Source: Cyanophora paradoxa CCMP329
Taxonomy: Eukaryota; Plantae; Glaucophyta
DNA: 64,000 bases
Reading direction: 5' to 3'
Assembly (NCBI GenBank): GCA_004431415.1
Contig: QPMI01000015.1
Coordinates: forward strand, 496,001-560,000
Shown: piece after piece, positions 1-13,849 of the stretch
Numbering within the stretch: position 1 is the stretch's first letter
Layout of the letters: every line of letters begins with the position of its first letter
Position numbers and translations under genes: made by a program
Notes under the pieces: generated by a model
Seen by the model: the letters and a program-made list of their open reading frames with translations, nothing else
Databases searched by the model: none
What the model was told of the DNA's origin: nothing

Positions 1-138
1 TGCCGGCGCCGGCGCCAGAGGCAGAGTCGACGTCTTCGGCTCTGTCCCCTTCAGCGGTGTGCGATGTGAAATTTGCACGGGTGCTCTTGCAAATTTAAAT
101 TTAAAGCGGACACTGATGACGAGCAGATTGAGAGACCG

Positions 139-1152
139 ATGGCCAGTGAGCGTACTCTGACGGAGGCGGAGGCGGAGCCGGAAATCGTCCCAAAGGCGCC
201 GGCGCCGGCGCCGGCGGCGCGCAAGGCGAAGAAGAAGCACGCAGCGCCGCAGGCCCCGCCCGCGAAGTCCGTGTACGTGTGCCGCTACTTCGCGCAGGGC
301 TTCTGCCGTCTCGGGCACCACTGCCGATTCCTGCACCCCGTCAGCACCGGCGCAGCGCCGGTTTCAGAGTGCACTCAATCCTTCTTCTGATATTCATATC
401 TTAAGCTTGTTCTAAACTCGGACCCTTCTCAGATCTTCGGGAGTTTCGTCAGCCTCATCTCCCGCCCGCGGCCGCCGCAGCAGCGCCGAGGGCGAGTGCG
501 CCATCTGCAGCGAGCCGCTGATCGCGCCGAGCACGCGCGGCCCCGCCCGCCGCCTCTACTGCGGACGTGCGCCGACCTTTTATGTATGCGTCATCGTGTT
601 TTAAATCTTCCCTCCGCGATTTTCGCAGACGAGTTCCACGGCGCGTGTGTCGACGGCTGGGCGCGCTCGGACTTCTCGGATGGCTGCTGCCCCATCTGCC
701 GCGCCCCGCTCGATCGCGACGGATCGCAGCTCCAGCTCGCGACGCAAGTGGGGCCAGCAGCCGCTGCTGTTTCGCAGACCGCCTTGAGCTCTTCGGCCCC
801 GGTTCCTGCCGCTGTCTTGGAGGCCGCAAGATCTGGACCGCCCTCTCCGTCCTCGAGTCCCCACCCATTTGCATGCACTGGCGTTCGAATTCCGCCGGCC
901 CGCTCGCGTCCCTACCAGCCGCCCTGGGGCGGCGCGCCCCCTCCGGCGTCGGGCCGAGCCGCAGACGACGTCGACGTCGCTTCGATGCAGCGGCGGCTGG
1001 CGGAGATGCGAGCCGAGCTCGCGGCGGCGGCGGAGCGGGAGGCGAGGCTCGCTGCTGAGCTGGCGGAGGTGCAGAGGCGAGGCGCCGCGTCCCGCGGCCA
1101 GCGCGCGAATTCAAACACCAGGCCTCCTGCTTACGGTCGTCGTGAAGTGTGA
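139..1152 (+). CDS. CCCH zinc finger + RING-H2 protein (putative RNA-binding E3 ubiquitin ligase); may extend upstream of the window
   Basis: CRYFAQGFCRLGHHCRFLH is a C-x7-C-x5-C-x3-H finger. Removing GT-AG introns at ~369-432 and ~567-628 gives CAIC...CGHEFHGACVDGW...CPICR (RING-H2), followed by a coiled-coil tail and a stop at 1152. Confidence 0.85.
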
Positions 1153-1436
1153 TCGCAGTCGCCTGATTCGGCCATGGAAACCGAAATTTATTTGCGTGTA
1201 ATCCGCCAACAGTACTTGTATGGGATCCAACATTGATTGAAGGGACAAGGGGCCGGGGCAACGGGTCAAGTGTGATCGCAGTCGCTTAATTCGGCCATGG
1301 AAGCCGAAATTTATTTGCGTGTAATCCGCCAACAGTACTTCTATGGGATCCAACATTGATTGAAGGGGCAAGGGGCCGGGGCAACGGGTCGGGCCTCGGT
1401 GGGTTCGAAGATTGATTGATTGAAGGGGCAAGGGGA
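1145..1436. repeat. ~123-bp tandem duplication (two copies plus a partial third) overlapping the stop codon and 3' UTR
   Basis: aagtgtgatcgcagtcgc...ggggccggggcaacgggtc occurs at 1145-1267 and 1268-1390; attgattgaaggggcaagggg recurs at ~1415-1436. Confidence 0.9.
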
Positions 1437-1656
1437 CCCACATACCCAGCTCGATTTGCGGGCGAATTTGCCGCTCTAACTACATATATAAAGTCATGAT
1501 CAACTGCACTTCACTTCAAATTGCGGATTCATAATTGGTTTACAAATGAATATTCCGGGGCAAATTTGCATATATAATACTGCTGTCAAATGGCGCTCTG
1601 CCGGCGCCTCAAAGCGCTATACAAGATACAACCCGTGCAGACGCGGATGTGAAGGG

Positions 1657-4600
1657 CTAGAGAGCGATTTGGCTCGCGAACTTGAGGAGGACGGGGACGC
1701 CGGCTTCGAGGTCGACCCACGCGGTGCGTTCCACGCCGTACTGCTCCTCGCTCACCGCCCCCGCGTACTGCGCGAGCGTCTCCGCCGAGAGCCCGCCCAT
1801 CGTGACTGCGCATGCGCGCGTTGTGCCACCGATGAGCGCGATCTCAATCGGCCCCGCGCCGCCGAGCAGCGGTAGCTGGGCCGAGAGAAAGGGATGGGCG
1901 TCGACATCGCACCCGGCACGCGGCAGGCCATCTTCGAAGACAAGAGGACCCCGGTCCACGCCCCGTTCTCCATCCGCAGGCGAGCCTGCGCATTGTGGTA
2001 TGATTTATAAGCGATCAGCGGGGAGTAATGAATTCGAATAAAGGAAGAAGGAGAATGTTGATGCCGGGCGCGCACGTCGAGGCCGCAGAAGTACTCGCGC
2101 GCGCGCTGTTCGCGGGCGAGCTGGAAGACGTCGTCGTGCTTCAGCGTCTTGATTGGCAGGCCCTGCGACGATAATTCAGAAGCGGACAGCAATTATTGTG
2201 CTAGATGTTTGATAGTGTAAATGTAAAATTGAAAGAGGCAGGCGCGCAGTGCGCACTGAGTAGATGCGGTGGAGCTTGTCGATGACGGCGCGCGCGAACA
2301 GGGCGTAGAGGGTGTTCCTCTGTCCGTTGAGGGTGAAGGTAACAGTTTGGAGCGTGTGCAACATGAACGCTGCCGAGTCGAATTATTGAAAGATCATCAG
2401 AATTGGGGCATGCGGCGCGCACAGTTTCGACGACCCTGTGCCCGTGCACATGAACGCAACGCGCGACCGCGAGGGAGCCGGACGCGTCAGCCCAAATCAT
2501 AGAAGAAAATTAAAATACAGGGGCGCGACTCGGACGCACAGTGGAAATAAGGAAGGCTGCCCGGGTGGCATCGTTCTCGAGACACGTTTGCCTGCCGAAA
2601 CGAAGTCAAAGTTATGAGCGCGCCTTTTCCTTGCGGCGTCTCACCAGGGCTGGCCACAGAACAGCTGGTAGTCGGCGGTGTCGTACGCGTGCCAGGGGAG
2701 GGCGTTCCAGCGCGGCATGACGAGCTCGTCCTCCACCGCGACGAAGTTCGTGAGCGAGAACGTCTGTCCCCTCTGCGCGAATTTTCAAGTTGAAAAGGCA
2801 GCTGCAGGTCGCGGTAGGCCGTTATCGAATATTTGAACCTGGAATGTGCCGATCGGGGGTTCGGATGCGTTGTTGTACTTCTGTTAGTCGCCTTTCAGTC
2901 AGACACTAGATGAATGCACTGATCATGATTACCGAAAAGGCTTTGCGCACCACTTCATCGTGCACGACGTTGAAAATTGCGTTCGCTTGGCGGGCGCGGA
3001 ACACATTGCTGCGCCGATCAATAAATATACAACATGAATTAGCCGAGCACAAGCGAATTGTCGGGATCTGAATTGATGCGTACACGCTCTCGACCCCAGA
3101 TAGAGACGCTGAAAAAATAGACGAAGAAATAAAAGAGTAAATTAATTTCGCGGCGGAAGCGGAGATTCGGGGAAAGCAGAGAAATGAGCGGACGGGGGAC
3201 GAGGCCGTTGCGGGAGTGGGTCGGGTACTGGTCGGACCCGAAGAACGACTTTGCGAACTCGACGTTCTTCGAGAATTCGGCCGATGCCTGGTCGTACGTG
3301 AGCGACGTCATCGTCTCGTGGTCCCACGTGTGGCCTGCCGCAATTGAGATAATGAATTCGCCGGCGAGAGCGGGCGCAAGGCGGGTTAGAAATCTAGAAG
3401 AGCCGCGCACTGAGCCAGAAGAAGTCGTCCTTCATCGACTGCGCGGCAACGAAGAGGGGGTCCTCGTAGAGCTGCGCCTTGTACTCGGCGCCCGCCGGAT
3501 TCATGCCCTGGCAGGCGTATTGATCCCCGTACTTGGGGGCGCAGAACTGGCCGCCGTTGTACGCCCACTGCGCATGCGCGGCGCTGGCGTCAGCAGTCTA
3601 CAGCAGCACATGCGCAGGAAAACATTGGGAGGAGATTTCCGAGTTCGAAGTTCTTCGACCTCGGCGCGGAAGTCATCGCTGTCGCCGTTGGCGCTGAAGG
3701 CGCTGCGAATCGAAGCTTGCATGTCCCGCTGCGGCATGTTTAATTTAAGCCTCTCACAACACCATTTCATTTTCATTCTCTGTGCACACCATGAACTGGA
3801 GATCCGCCGGCGTGTTTCGGATTTCGCTTCCGCCTTTGAAAGGGGGATTGGCAAACCCTAAATCGTCTGATATTGCAGAAACAAAAATCAGTCGAATTCG
3901 GAAATAATTCATTACGGAGCTGCATGACTTGCGCACCGATTTGCATGCTGAAGAGAAGTCTGCGCATGCCGACATACGCGCCGCGCGTCGCCCATGGGAT
4001 CCTAAATTCAGCCCACATTGTCCCAATCGGCGCTCGAAAATTGCGGACGCCCCTGCAGGGGCTACAACCGCATGCGCACCAGAGGTTAGCGACGTAGGAC
4101 GAGAGGAAGTGCACCCTTATGTCGCCAAACGGGATTTCGGTAATCGTGAAGAAGAAGTGCATCTGCTGGCGCCCGTCGCCCAACGTCACCTGCGATCGCG
4201 AGGGGAGAGCTTAGCTCACCCGCATCCGCAGCGCGGAAACCGCCGGCGGCTGGGACTCGTCGCACCAGGCCGGCGGCGGGCTGGCCGCCAGTGGAGCCGA
4301 AGAACATGAAGGGCTTGAAGGCGGACGACGCGGGAATGCTGGCGCGGTAGGACGGGTAGGAGCCCGTGAAGAGCATCCCCCCGCCGTTAGACACAGCCTG
4401 AATTACAGTGCGCGAATTATAAATATAAACATAGCGTCTCGGCATTAAGATCGCGCTTGGAGATTAAAACGCACGGAGGCGCCGACGGCGGCGGGGTTGG
4501 CGACGACCTGGGTGTTGGCGGTGCTCGGGCTCGAGGTGACGGCGCCGATCCCGCTCGCCGCCGAGGAGAGCAGCGAGGGGTTCGCTGCGCGGGGCAGGGT

Positions 4601-6611
4601 CGTCGGGTGATGAAGCGCTGCGTTTTAAATGTTTTTTAAACGTATTTGGAGCGCACAGTAGAAGACGACGCGGCGGATCTTGTGCTTCAGCTCGTACGCG
4701 TCCAAAGCCGCCCGCTGCAGGGATACGCGTGAGCCCAAGCACTAGCGCCGCAGAGAATTACAATATGCGAAGTAAAGGGCGGGCCTGCGCGGAGGTGAGC
4801 GCGCTGACGTCGCTCCCGGCCGCGAAGACGATGAGGGAATAGCTGCGCGGAAGAGGTGAGAGGCCGCCTGCCGCGATCAGCGGCAAGCTTAAGGTGCAGG
4901 CACCGCGGGAGGCCGGTCGCGGGATCCGTCAGGACGAGAGCGGGAGAGAGCGGCACAGTGACGGTGTCGAAAGCGATGCCGAAGTTCTGCGGGCCAGCGG
5001 AAATTCGAGTTTGTCTGACACGAAACCGGCGCATCGCGCACCCAGAGGTTCATGCGGACGCCCTTGTAGCTGTCGGCGTTGGCGCTGGAGGTGACCACGA
5101 GCGCGCGGGACAGGACGTCGTTTGAAGTCTGCGCAGGACACGCATGTGTAAGAAGCCGAATTAAATCAACTTGCGCAAATACAAAGCTTTTCTGCGTGCG
5201 CACTGCAGCTGGCACGGTTCTCGAGGCTGTTGGCGAAGTACTGGTGCCAGTGCTGCCAGTCGTACCCGTGCTAGAGGAGCTCGAGCCGGTCGAGGTCCCC
5301 GACGTGTCGCCGGTCGACTGGAATCGCACTCGCATGTAGTCGATTGTGATCGCGTCCGCTTTCAGAGCTGCGCAAGCAATTGCAAGTTCGTCTCAGATTC
5401 AATTACAAAGTAATGTAATAGTGGTTATCAAGCTCGCGAGTCGCGATTAGTTTCCGCACTGATGCAGGTCTGGCGAATTATGACGGAGTACGTTGTGCCG
5501 GTCTTCAGCAGGTATTGAGATGCGGAGCCGGCCAGAGGGGCGAAATCCAGCGTAACCCACGTCCTGCGCAGAGCCCATAATGGCATCCACTGAATAAGCC
5601 TTCCACTACGTATACGGCTGGATGGGACGTACCAGGCCTGGGAGGGGGGAATGACGGTGTTGTCGCCGAGCTTGACCCACGCTTTCGTTGCCTGGTTTTG
5701 GACCTCCCAAACCCATGTAATCCAGCCCCCGTCCGGGCCTGCATTCGTCCGCGCATGCCATAAATTATAAGCATCTCAAAGGTGCACCTCGCATCGCAAC
5801 TGAAAACTGCAGAGCGGAGAGGGTCTGTGCCGCTACGTCGGTAATGGCGGGAAGGTCAAGCTGGATCAATGTGTCAGAGGCCGTCGCTTGGGTGGAGCCC
5901 GAATAAAACTGCAGAGAAATAAAACATGATCTTTGCAAATAGAAGGGTAAGAGCAAGTGTCAGCTTTCGTTCGAAAGCGTACCGCCACGTAATCCTCCCA
6001 GCAGTCCTGAGAGCCAGTGCAGGCGGCTCCTTTCGTTTGCAGAGCCTTGACGCCAGCGCTCGAGCCAGAGATAGTGCCCTGGCATTTTCAAGGTCGCGAA
6101 AGATCCTTCAATATTCAAGCGACAGAGATGCCACGCATATATATAGCTTACAACTGTTGCGGTCAGCTTTGCGGGGAGAGCATCGACGGTGGAGGTCGTT
6201 TGCAAGAGGGCTCGCCCTGTGCTCGCCAACCCAGAGCCCGGGCCCGCGGCTGACGATGCAATGCGGCCGACGAAGGCGTATGTGTACGGCAGCTCAAGAT
6301 CCGCGCGATAAGCGTGGGCGGCCTCCTGTCCGGCCTCCGGCCCTAATCGTAGGCGCACGACCACGTTCAGGGTTTCGGTTGACGATATATCGATTGCATG
6401 CGCAAGTGCAAGTGATCCTCGAAATGCAATTTTAAGTCTTAAAGGATCTCGATATATATACATCATGATGGCAGATCTTGACCGTACCGTCGCTTCCCAG
6501 CGCGGCGCCTAGGCCTGCAGCTGACCATGTGGTCGCCGCCGCTCCAAGATCGAAGCTTAAGAGTACTAGTAAGGCAAGCGCGAGAAGCGCCGCCACGTGC
6601 ACGACGCGCAT
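1657..6611 (-). CDS. Secreted Agd3-like (CE18-type) polysaccharide deacetylase, paralogue A, with one N-terminal ~165-aa module and an S/T/G linker
   Basis: Signal peptide MRVVHVAALLALALLVLL. Spliced exons give RALVVTSS...ALDAYELKHKIRRVVFY, DGRQQMHFFF, IPWATRGAYVGMRRLLFSMQIDD, HTWDH, GLVPPSLSG, LVMPRW, AFMLH, LPIKTLKHDD, EQYGVERTAWVDL...IAL*. This motif order is collinear with fungal Agd3 as I recall it. Confidence 0.85.
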
Positions 6612-7334
6612 GCCGAAGCTCGCGGGCTGCAGGTTCTGTCTTCGAATTCGCGGAGCGCGCCTTGCCTCCATTCGGCGCGCTGCCTGCGAATGCTGCAGCT
6701 GTCGCTATAGCTAGCTGGCCTGGAGGAATTGGAATGTGGGTCAGCCTCACCGTGGCGCGCCGCAGAGCTAGCCTCGCGCCTCGTCGCGAACCGAGAAGGC
6801 GCGTCGGGGTGACGTCGCGCCGGGAAGGTGACATCGAAAACCAGTTCACATGCGAATCAATGATAGACTAACCGGCACGAAACCGGCATTCAATCGTTGA
6901 CCGGTGCGAAATGTGGTTTTTCATGTTCCCGGTTTAAATTTCCATAGCATGACAGCGAGGAGCCTCGAATCCTCGATCGAGCCCGGAGCTCGCTCCAAGC
7001 GAAGCGATGTAGGAACGTCATATATATCCTCTCGACCACTTTTCGGCACTCAAAAAATTTCCGCCAGATCGCCAGAGCTAGGCCGCGGCCGCGAGCTCCG
7101 AATCGACCCTCTAAACCATTTTCGAGTTCGCCGTACGCGTGCATTTCGTTTCAAAGTTTTCCCGCACTTCTCGCCGCCAGACTGGCCATGACATGTCCAT
7201 GCCATGATGGACCACGTGCACTTTCTGAGGAGCGCCTCGCTTCGAGGGCGCCGCGGCCGGTCCGCCGGGGGCCCGCACGTGCAAAGCGAAACCACTTTTA
7301 ACTTGAACCACTTTTCGACAGCAGCTACGTCTAT

Positions 7335-7407
7335 GCAGCAGCAGCATGGAGCAGCAGCAGCAGCCGCCGCCGCTGAGCAGCAGCAGTAGCAGCAGCAGCG
7401 CTAGCAC
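7335..7407. repeat. Imperfect (CAG)n microsatellite between the divergent deacetylase genes
   Basis: Runs of gcagcagcag interrupted by a few other triplets. Confidence 0.8.
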
Positions 7408-7545
7408 CAGCTGGCAGGAGCAGCGGAAGCAGCGCGAACAGCGGCAACGTTTACTGAGGTACTCTATCGTGAGCTCTAGAGAGCGCGAACGACAGTCGAC
7501 ATCATAGGATTTCGCGGCGGGTCTAGAAGCAGCAGACCGGCCGCG

Positions 7546-10500
7546 ATGGCTGCGATGCGGGCGGCGGCCCCTCTTAGCTTGCTCGCCCTCGTCCTCGTCC
7601 TGGTGGCCTCGTGTGCGGGGCCTTCGGAGGCCGCCGGCTCGCGGTACGCGCGCACGCACGATCGCGGCCATTCGGCAGCGGCTCCACCCTCGCAAGGAGG
7701 AGCTGGCCATGGCCCCGCTGATGCCAGTTCTGACGGTGCTCGCTCCTCTATATATATATTCAGTGCGCTGGGGTTTGGCCGCACGCGCGTTCTGATCGTA
7801 CGCGCATGCACGTGCGCGCAAATCCGAAAGGCTTCGGGTCCCGCGAGACTGCTCAGACGAACTACTTTTACGTGACGCGGGAGTTGCTCAATTATGACAC
7901 GTCGACCTCGGACACCGAAGTGGAGGCCTTGCCGGCAACCCTCAACTCTCAATCCGTGCGCATGCGCTCCTCCTGTATAATCGCATTATATTGATTTCGA
8001 CACCGTGCCGAATATTAACTTGAACAACTTGCGTCTCATAATCAGGGCACCCTTTCCGGCTCGAGCAAGGGTATCGAGGCTCTGAAAGCCCCGAGTGCGG
8101 AATGCGACGCTGCGCAAGATTGCTGGGAACACTATGTATCGGTACGCATATACGTATATGGCAGCTGGTTGTAGCATGCATTGCGTTTCAGCTGCCGCCC
8201 CCGCTTAGCCGCGAGTGCAGTTCGTGTCCGGGAGCACACCAGAGACCGCGTCGAGAACCGTAATCGAGTTCCGTCTGCCAGAGAGCATCTCAGACGAAGC
8301 CGCCGCTAAGGCCCTCTACGGTCTCCAGTTCTCCGTGAAGAGTCGAGGTGCGGCCGAGCCCCGTAATAAATTACGAGACAAAGGAAACCCTAGCCTCGAC
8401 TCACAGCGCTCGTCCAAATTGTTTAAAATTTTATATTCAATCAGGGCCGGACGGCGGCTGGATCAAGTGGGTCTGGGAGGTCCAGAACCAGGTGACCAAG
8501 GAGTGGGTCACGCTTGGCGACAACACCGTCGTTCCCTACACCCAATCCTGGTAAATCCGCCAGGCCGCCCATCAGCTTCGGTCTTGGAATTGCGATCCAA
8601 GCTCTTTTCGCAGGAAGTGGGTGTCCCTAGACTTTGGCCCCGTGCCTGGAGAGGCCTTTCAGTACTTGCTCAAGACCGGAACCACGTACTCCGTCCTCGT
8701 CCGCCAGAGCTGTCTCAGTGCGCTGCCGCACGCTCCGTGCATGCTTCTGCGCATGCGCGCTTGATTCTGCTGACACGTCTTTGCAGCGCTCAAGGCAGAC
8801 GCCATCACGGTCGACCACATGCGGCTGCGCTTCAAGAAGCCGGCGACGTCGCCTCCTCCTATGAACGCGGGGCCGTCAGTGGATGCGCTTCCAACGCGTC
8901 TGACGGCTCTTGCGGTGAATAAAACAACTATCCCGATTTGGCAGTGCCGGCGCCATCGTATCGTATTCGTCATGCGTTTCACAGAACAAGTTCTCGGCTC
9001 AAGGGGTCAGTGTCATGCAGTCCTTATCTACAGAGTGCACAGGCACGCAGAATTGCTGGGACCATTACGTTTCGGTTCGATTCTTACACTGTCTTCTTGC
9101 GGAATGACGCTCGATATTAACATGCATATGATTAACATTAACATTAACATGTCGCAGTTCTACTCGGGGGATACGGCGGAATCTGCCTCCAAAACTCTAA
9201 TTGAGCTCGATCTCCCTGAGATTTCCGTCGAAGATGCACAGAAGCTCTCGAACCTGCAATTCACTGTCAAGATGCGCGGTGCGCTTTCATGTAAATATTC
9301 TGTATCAGGTTTAGAACTTTAAAGCTCCAATCAATAAACCGCAATCGTGATTAGGTCCGGACGGCGGCTGGATTAAGTGGGTATGGGAGGTCCTGAACCA
9401 GGTGACCAAGGAGTGGGTAAAGCTTGGCGACAACACCGGTATTCCCTATACGAAATCCTGGTAATTAGAGATCTCGTCATTCACATCGAAATTATTTAAA
9501 TTCGTGTTGATGCGGCGTATTCGACGTGCAGGACCTGGGAGTTGCTCGAATTCGGCTCACTGCTCGGGGCCGCCTCGGACTATCTTCTGCAAACGGGCTC
9601 GAAATATTCTGTGATCATCCGCCAGACCTGCCAGAGTGCGTTGCACTATAGCTAGCCGAAGTGCATTATTGTCTCCCGGTTTAAGCGGTTTTCGCGATCG
9701 TAGCCCTGAAAGCGGACGCGATCACAATCGACTACATGCGGGTGCGGTTCCAGCTGCAGTCCGGCGGCGGAGGCGGATCCGGAAGCGGCTCCTCGGGGTC
9801 GGGATCGAGCACACCGACGCCGCTTCCGGACCCCGGTGACGGATCTGGGTCGGGAAGCTACGACACCGTTCCGGTTCGCGCGCCCTAGCTTGTAGCTATA
9901 TAGACAACAGGCCATGACATATATATATTTGTGTGTACAATTAATCTGAAAGTTAACCTTAAGAGCCGAGAACTAATGTCGCGCGCAATCCAATCACAGA
10001 CGGAAAACGACGTCCTGTCCCGCGCGCTCGTGGTCACCTCCAGCGCCAACGCCGACAGCTACAAGGGCGTCCGCATGAACCTCTGGGTGCGCGATGCGCC
10101 GGTGCCCTCTACAGAAAGAATTGAAGTCGATTTTCCGCTGGCCCGCAGAACTTCGGCATCGCTTTCGACACCGTCACTGTGCCGCTCTCTCCCGCTCTCG
10201 CCCTGACGGATCCCGCGACCGGCCTCCCGCGGTGCCTGCACCTTGCCGCCGATCACGGCAGGTGGCTTCTGAACTCTTCCGCGCAGCTATTCCCTCATCG
10301 TCTTCGCGGCCGGGAGCGACGTCAGCGCGCTCACTTACGCGCAGGCACGCCCTCAACTTCGCATATTATAATTCTCTGCGGCGCTAGCGCTTGGGCTCAC
10401 GCGTATCCCTGCAGCGGGCGGCTTTGGACGCGTACGAGCTGAAGTACAAGATCCGCCGCGTCGTCTTCTACTGTGCGCTCCGAGTACACGATTCGAAGCG

Positions 10501-13433
10501 CAGAGCTTAAATTTATCACCCGACGACCCTGCCCCGCGCAGCAAACCCCTCGCTGCTCTCCTCGGCGGCGAGCGGGATCGGCGCCGTCACCTCGAGCCCG
10601 AGCACCGCCGACACCCTGGTCGTCGCCGACCCCGCCGCCGTCGGCGCCACCGTGTGTTTTAATCTCCAAGCGCGATCTTAATGCCGAGACGCTATGTTTA
10701 TATTTATAATTCGCGCGCCTGTAATTCATGATCAGGCTGTGTCGAACGGCGGGGGGATGCTCTTCACGGGCTCCTACCCGTCCTACCGCGCCAGCATTCC
10801 CGCGTCGTCCGCCTTCAAGCCCTTCATGTTCTTCGGCTCCACTGGCGGCCAGCCCGCCGCCGGCCTGGTGCGACGAGTCCCAGCCGCCGGCGGTTTCCGC
10901 GCTGCGGGTGCGGGTGAGCTAAGCTCTCTCCCCTCGCGATCGCAGGTGACGCTGGGCGACGGGCGCCAGCAGATGCACTTCTTCTTCACGATTACCGAAA
11001 CTCCGTTTGGGGACTGGGGCTGGCACGTCCTTTCGTCCTACGTCGCGAACCTCTGGTGTGCACCACCCATGCCTAATATAAGGCCGTGCCTAATTATATA
11101 AGCAAATCGAGCGCCGTCTTGATGGCGGTCTTCAGGATCCCGTGGGCGACGCGCGGCGCGTATGTCGGCATGCGCCGCATGTACTTCAGCGCTCAGATCG
11201 GTGTGTCCGTCTTTTGGATGATTCCAGCACGTGCACTGGCTGAAAACAGGGACCACTGCAGATGATTTGGGCTTCGCGGATAGCCCCACCAAGGGCGGAG
11301 CGCAGATTCGAAACACTCCTCGGGACTTTGATTTCATGGTTTGAGCTTCTTATACTCGCTTGTGGAGAGCTAGAAATTTGAAGCAAATTAAAGTGTGCCC
11401 TTGAACGCAGATCGCTATGCAAGAGTCCATCCGCAGCGCCTTCAACGCCGACGGTGACAGCGACGACTTCATCGCCGAGGTGCGGCGAACTGCGAAGCAG
11501 ATCTAGATCTAGAGGGCGCCAAGGCGGCTCTGACGACGCCGTTCGTGGCCGCGCGTGCAGTGGGCGTACAACGGCGGCATGTTCTGCTCGCCCAAGTACG
11601 GCGATCAATACTATTGCCAGGGCCTCGACCCGACGGGCGCCGAGTACAAGGCACAGCTCTACGAGGACCCCCTCTTCGTCGCCGCGCAGAAAACGAAGGA
11701 CAAATTTCTTTGGCTGAGTGCGCCGTCTGCCCCCCTGGCCATGGACTCGCGATCGATCGCGACTGCCCCCGGCCCGCGCTCGCCTCCACAACGTTAACGC
11801 TACTGATCATGACTTGCGAGCAGGCCACACCTGGAGTCACGAGACAATGACATCGCTCAGCTACAGCCAGGCGAACGACGAACTCTACAAGAACGTCGAA
11901 TTCGCGAAGCTGCTCTTCGGTTCGGATGATTACAAGACGCACTCCAAAGAAGGCCTTGTGCCCCGTGCGCTCTTTCGGATTCAACTATTAATCTATTCTA
12001 TTATTCTAATGCTCGCTCAGCATCGCTTTCGGGAGTGGAAAATCCGTGCGCCGCGAAATGTTTACGATAGAGTTTGTTCAAGATTGCACTTGCTCAAATG
12101 GAAATGCGAGCAGAGATGTCTTCCGCGCCCGGCAAGCGAACGGCATTTTCAATGTTGTTCATGATGAGACGGTGCGAGATCCTCCTTCATTTTATAATTA
12201 GAGGGAATCGGCATCTCTTTTCGCTGACCTTCCGGATCCGCCGCCCATGCTTCGGTATCCGGCGCCAGAAATACCGCAACGCGTCGATGGCGCCCATCGG
12301 GACTTTCCAGGTCCCCCCCCCCCCCCCCCCGCAGAAAAGAGCAGCGCCGGCGCCGAGCCGATCTGCAAAGCACTGACGCACACCCGCGCGCGTATATATA
12401 TCAAAGACGGGGAAGACCTTCGGGCTCACGAATCACGCCACCAAGAAAGAGGAGCTCGTCATGACCCGCTACGATGTCTTTGACTTCAACAACTACGACA
12501 CTGCCGACTTCGAGCTGTCCTGCAAGGCCCCTTGGTCAGTCAAGCTCACTTGAAGAAATCGCAATCGCAAGACGATTTTATCTTAATTTATTCCTTTAAT
12601 TTGCAGGCGGCTCGTGCATGGACGAGTACACGACTCGCGCAGCGTTCCTTCTCTCGACGGTGCGCTTGATTAGCCGCAGTACTTCCCTTTATCCGATTTA
12701 CATTGAGCTAATCGAGTCTGAACAGTTCCGAATCAATTGCAAGCACCTTTGATTCTATTGTGCGATGGAGTGCGATGCGCATTTCTGAAGTTCGCGCACG
12801 TGCAGCCTTCATGGTGCACATCCTGCAGACCGTGCCGTTTACACTGGACGGGAAGCTGACGACGCTGTACGAATTGTATGTGCGCCAAACTATCGAGAAG
12901 GTCCACCGCATCTACACGGTCCGCGCGATACGATGGCGATATCGATATCCCTTTTGTCGTTCGCATTAAGATTTGAGCCTGCGCATGCCTCAATTGACGT
13001 CATCTCTTCGCAGGGCCTTCCGGTCAAGACGCTGAAGCAGGACGACATCTTTCAGATCGCGCGCGACCACCGCGCCCGCGAGTTCGACTGCGGTCTCGAT
13101 GTGCGCTAGCACTAGCGCTCGCGATCGTCGCCATCGCGTAGCTATAGCCTGCGTTCGTTTTATTTCGCACTCTCAGGCGCGCCTGCGGATGGAGGACGGG
13201 GCGTGGACTGGGATCCTGCTCTCGTCGCAGAAGAGCTGCCGCGTGCCCGGTGAGAGCGCCTTATTCTTTTCCCACTTCCATTTTCTGTCCCTTGCTGATC
13301 GTGATTTCGTCTGGCGGTTATTTCAGTTACGATGACCGGCCTCTCGGCGGAGACGCTCTCGCGGTACGCCGGCACCGTCGCTGTGGAGCAGTACGGAGTG
13401 GACCGCACCGCGGAGATAACAAACGTTATCTAG
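7546..13433 (+). CDS. Secreted Agd3-like (CE18-type) deacetylase, paralogue B, with two N-terminal modules; C-terminus appears shortened
   Basis: Signal peptide MAAMRAAAPLSLLALVLVLVASCAG; modules at ~7900-8840 and ~8870-9750; then AQIDD (split by an intron at ~11200-11260), HTWSH, GLVPPSLSG, LVMTRY, AFMVH, LPVKTLKQDD, EQYGVDRTAEITNVI*. Intron positions match paralogue A. Confidence 0.85.
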
Positions 13434-13849
13434 CAGGTGCTGTAGCTGTACTGTAGGCCGCCGAGTCGTCTCCAGAACGTAGAATGCGCGTGGCATGACG
13501 AGCTGCACTGTCCGAGATGCCCGCGGCCGCTTGTTGAGTCGTCGAATCGCGGCTGCGGTGCGCTCTGAATTCGAACTATAGCTATCTACTATGGGGGGCG
13601 CGGTAAAGGGTGGGGGGCCGCGGTGTTGTGCCGGTCGTCGCCGTCGCCGCCAGCCGAAGTCCAGCTCCGGATCCAGCCGATATGTACATGTACAGGACGA
13701 TCACGAGACGCCGCGCTCCAACGCGCTCCAAGACCTGCCCCGCCCCCCCCCCCCCCCCCCCCCCCCTCCCCGGCCCCCCCGTCGACGCCCCCCCCTCCGC
13801 ATCCCCCCTTCCCCCCCGGCTAGCATTATATAATTAGTAATTCAGGATT

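Noticed and set aside
7204-7389. Poly-Q/poly-A small ORF
   Set aside because: Explained by the CAG microsatellite; no other coding support.
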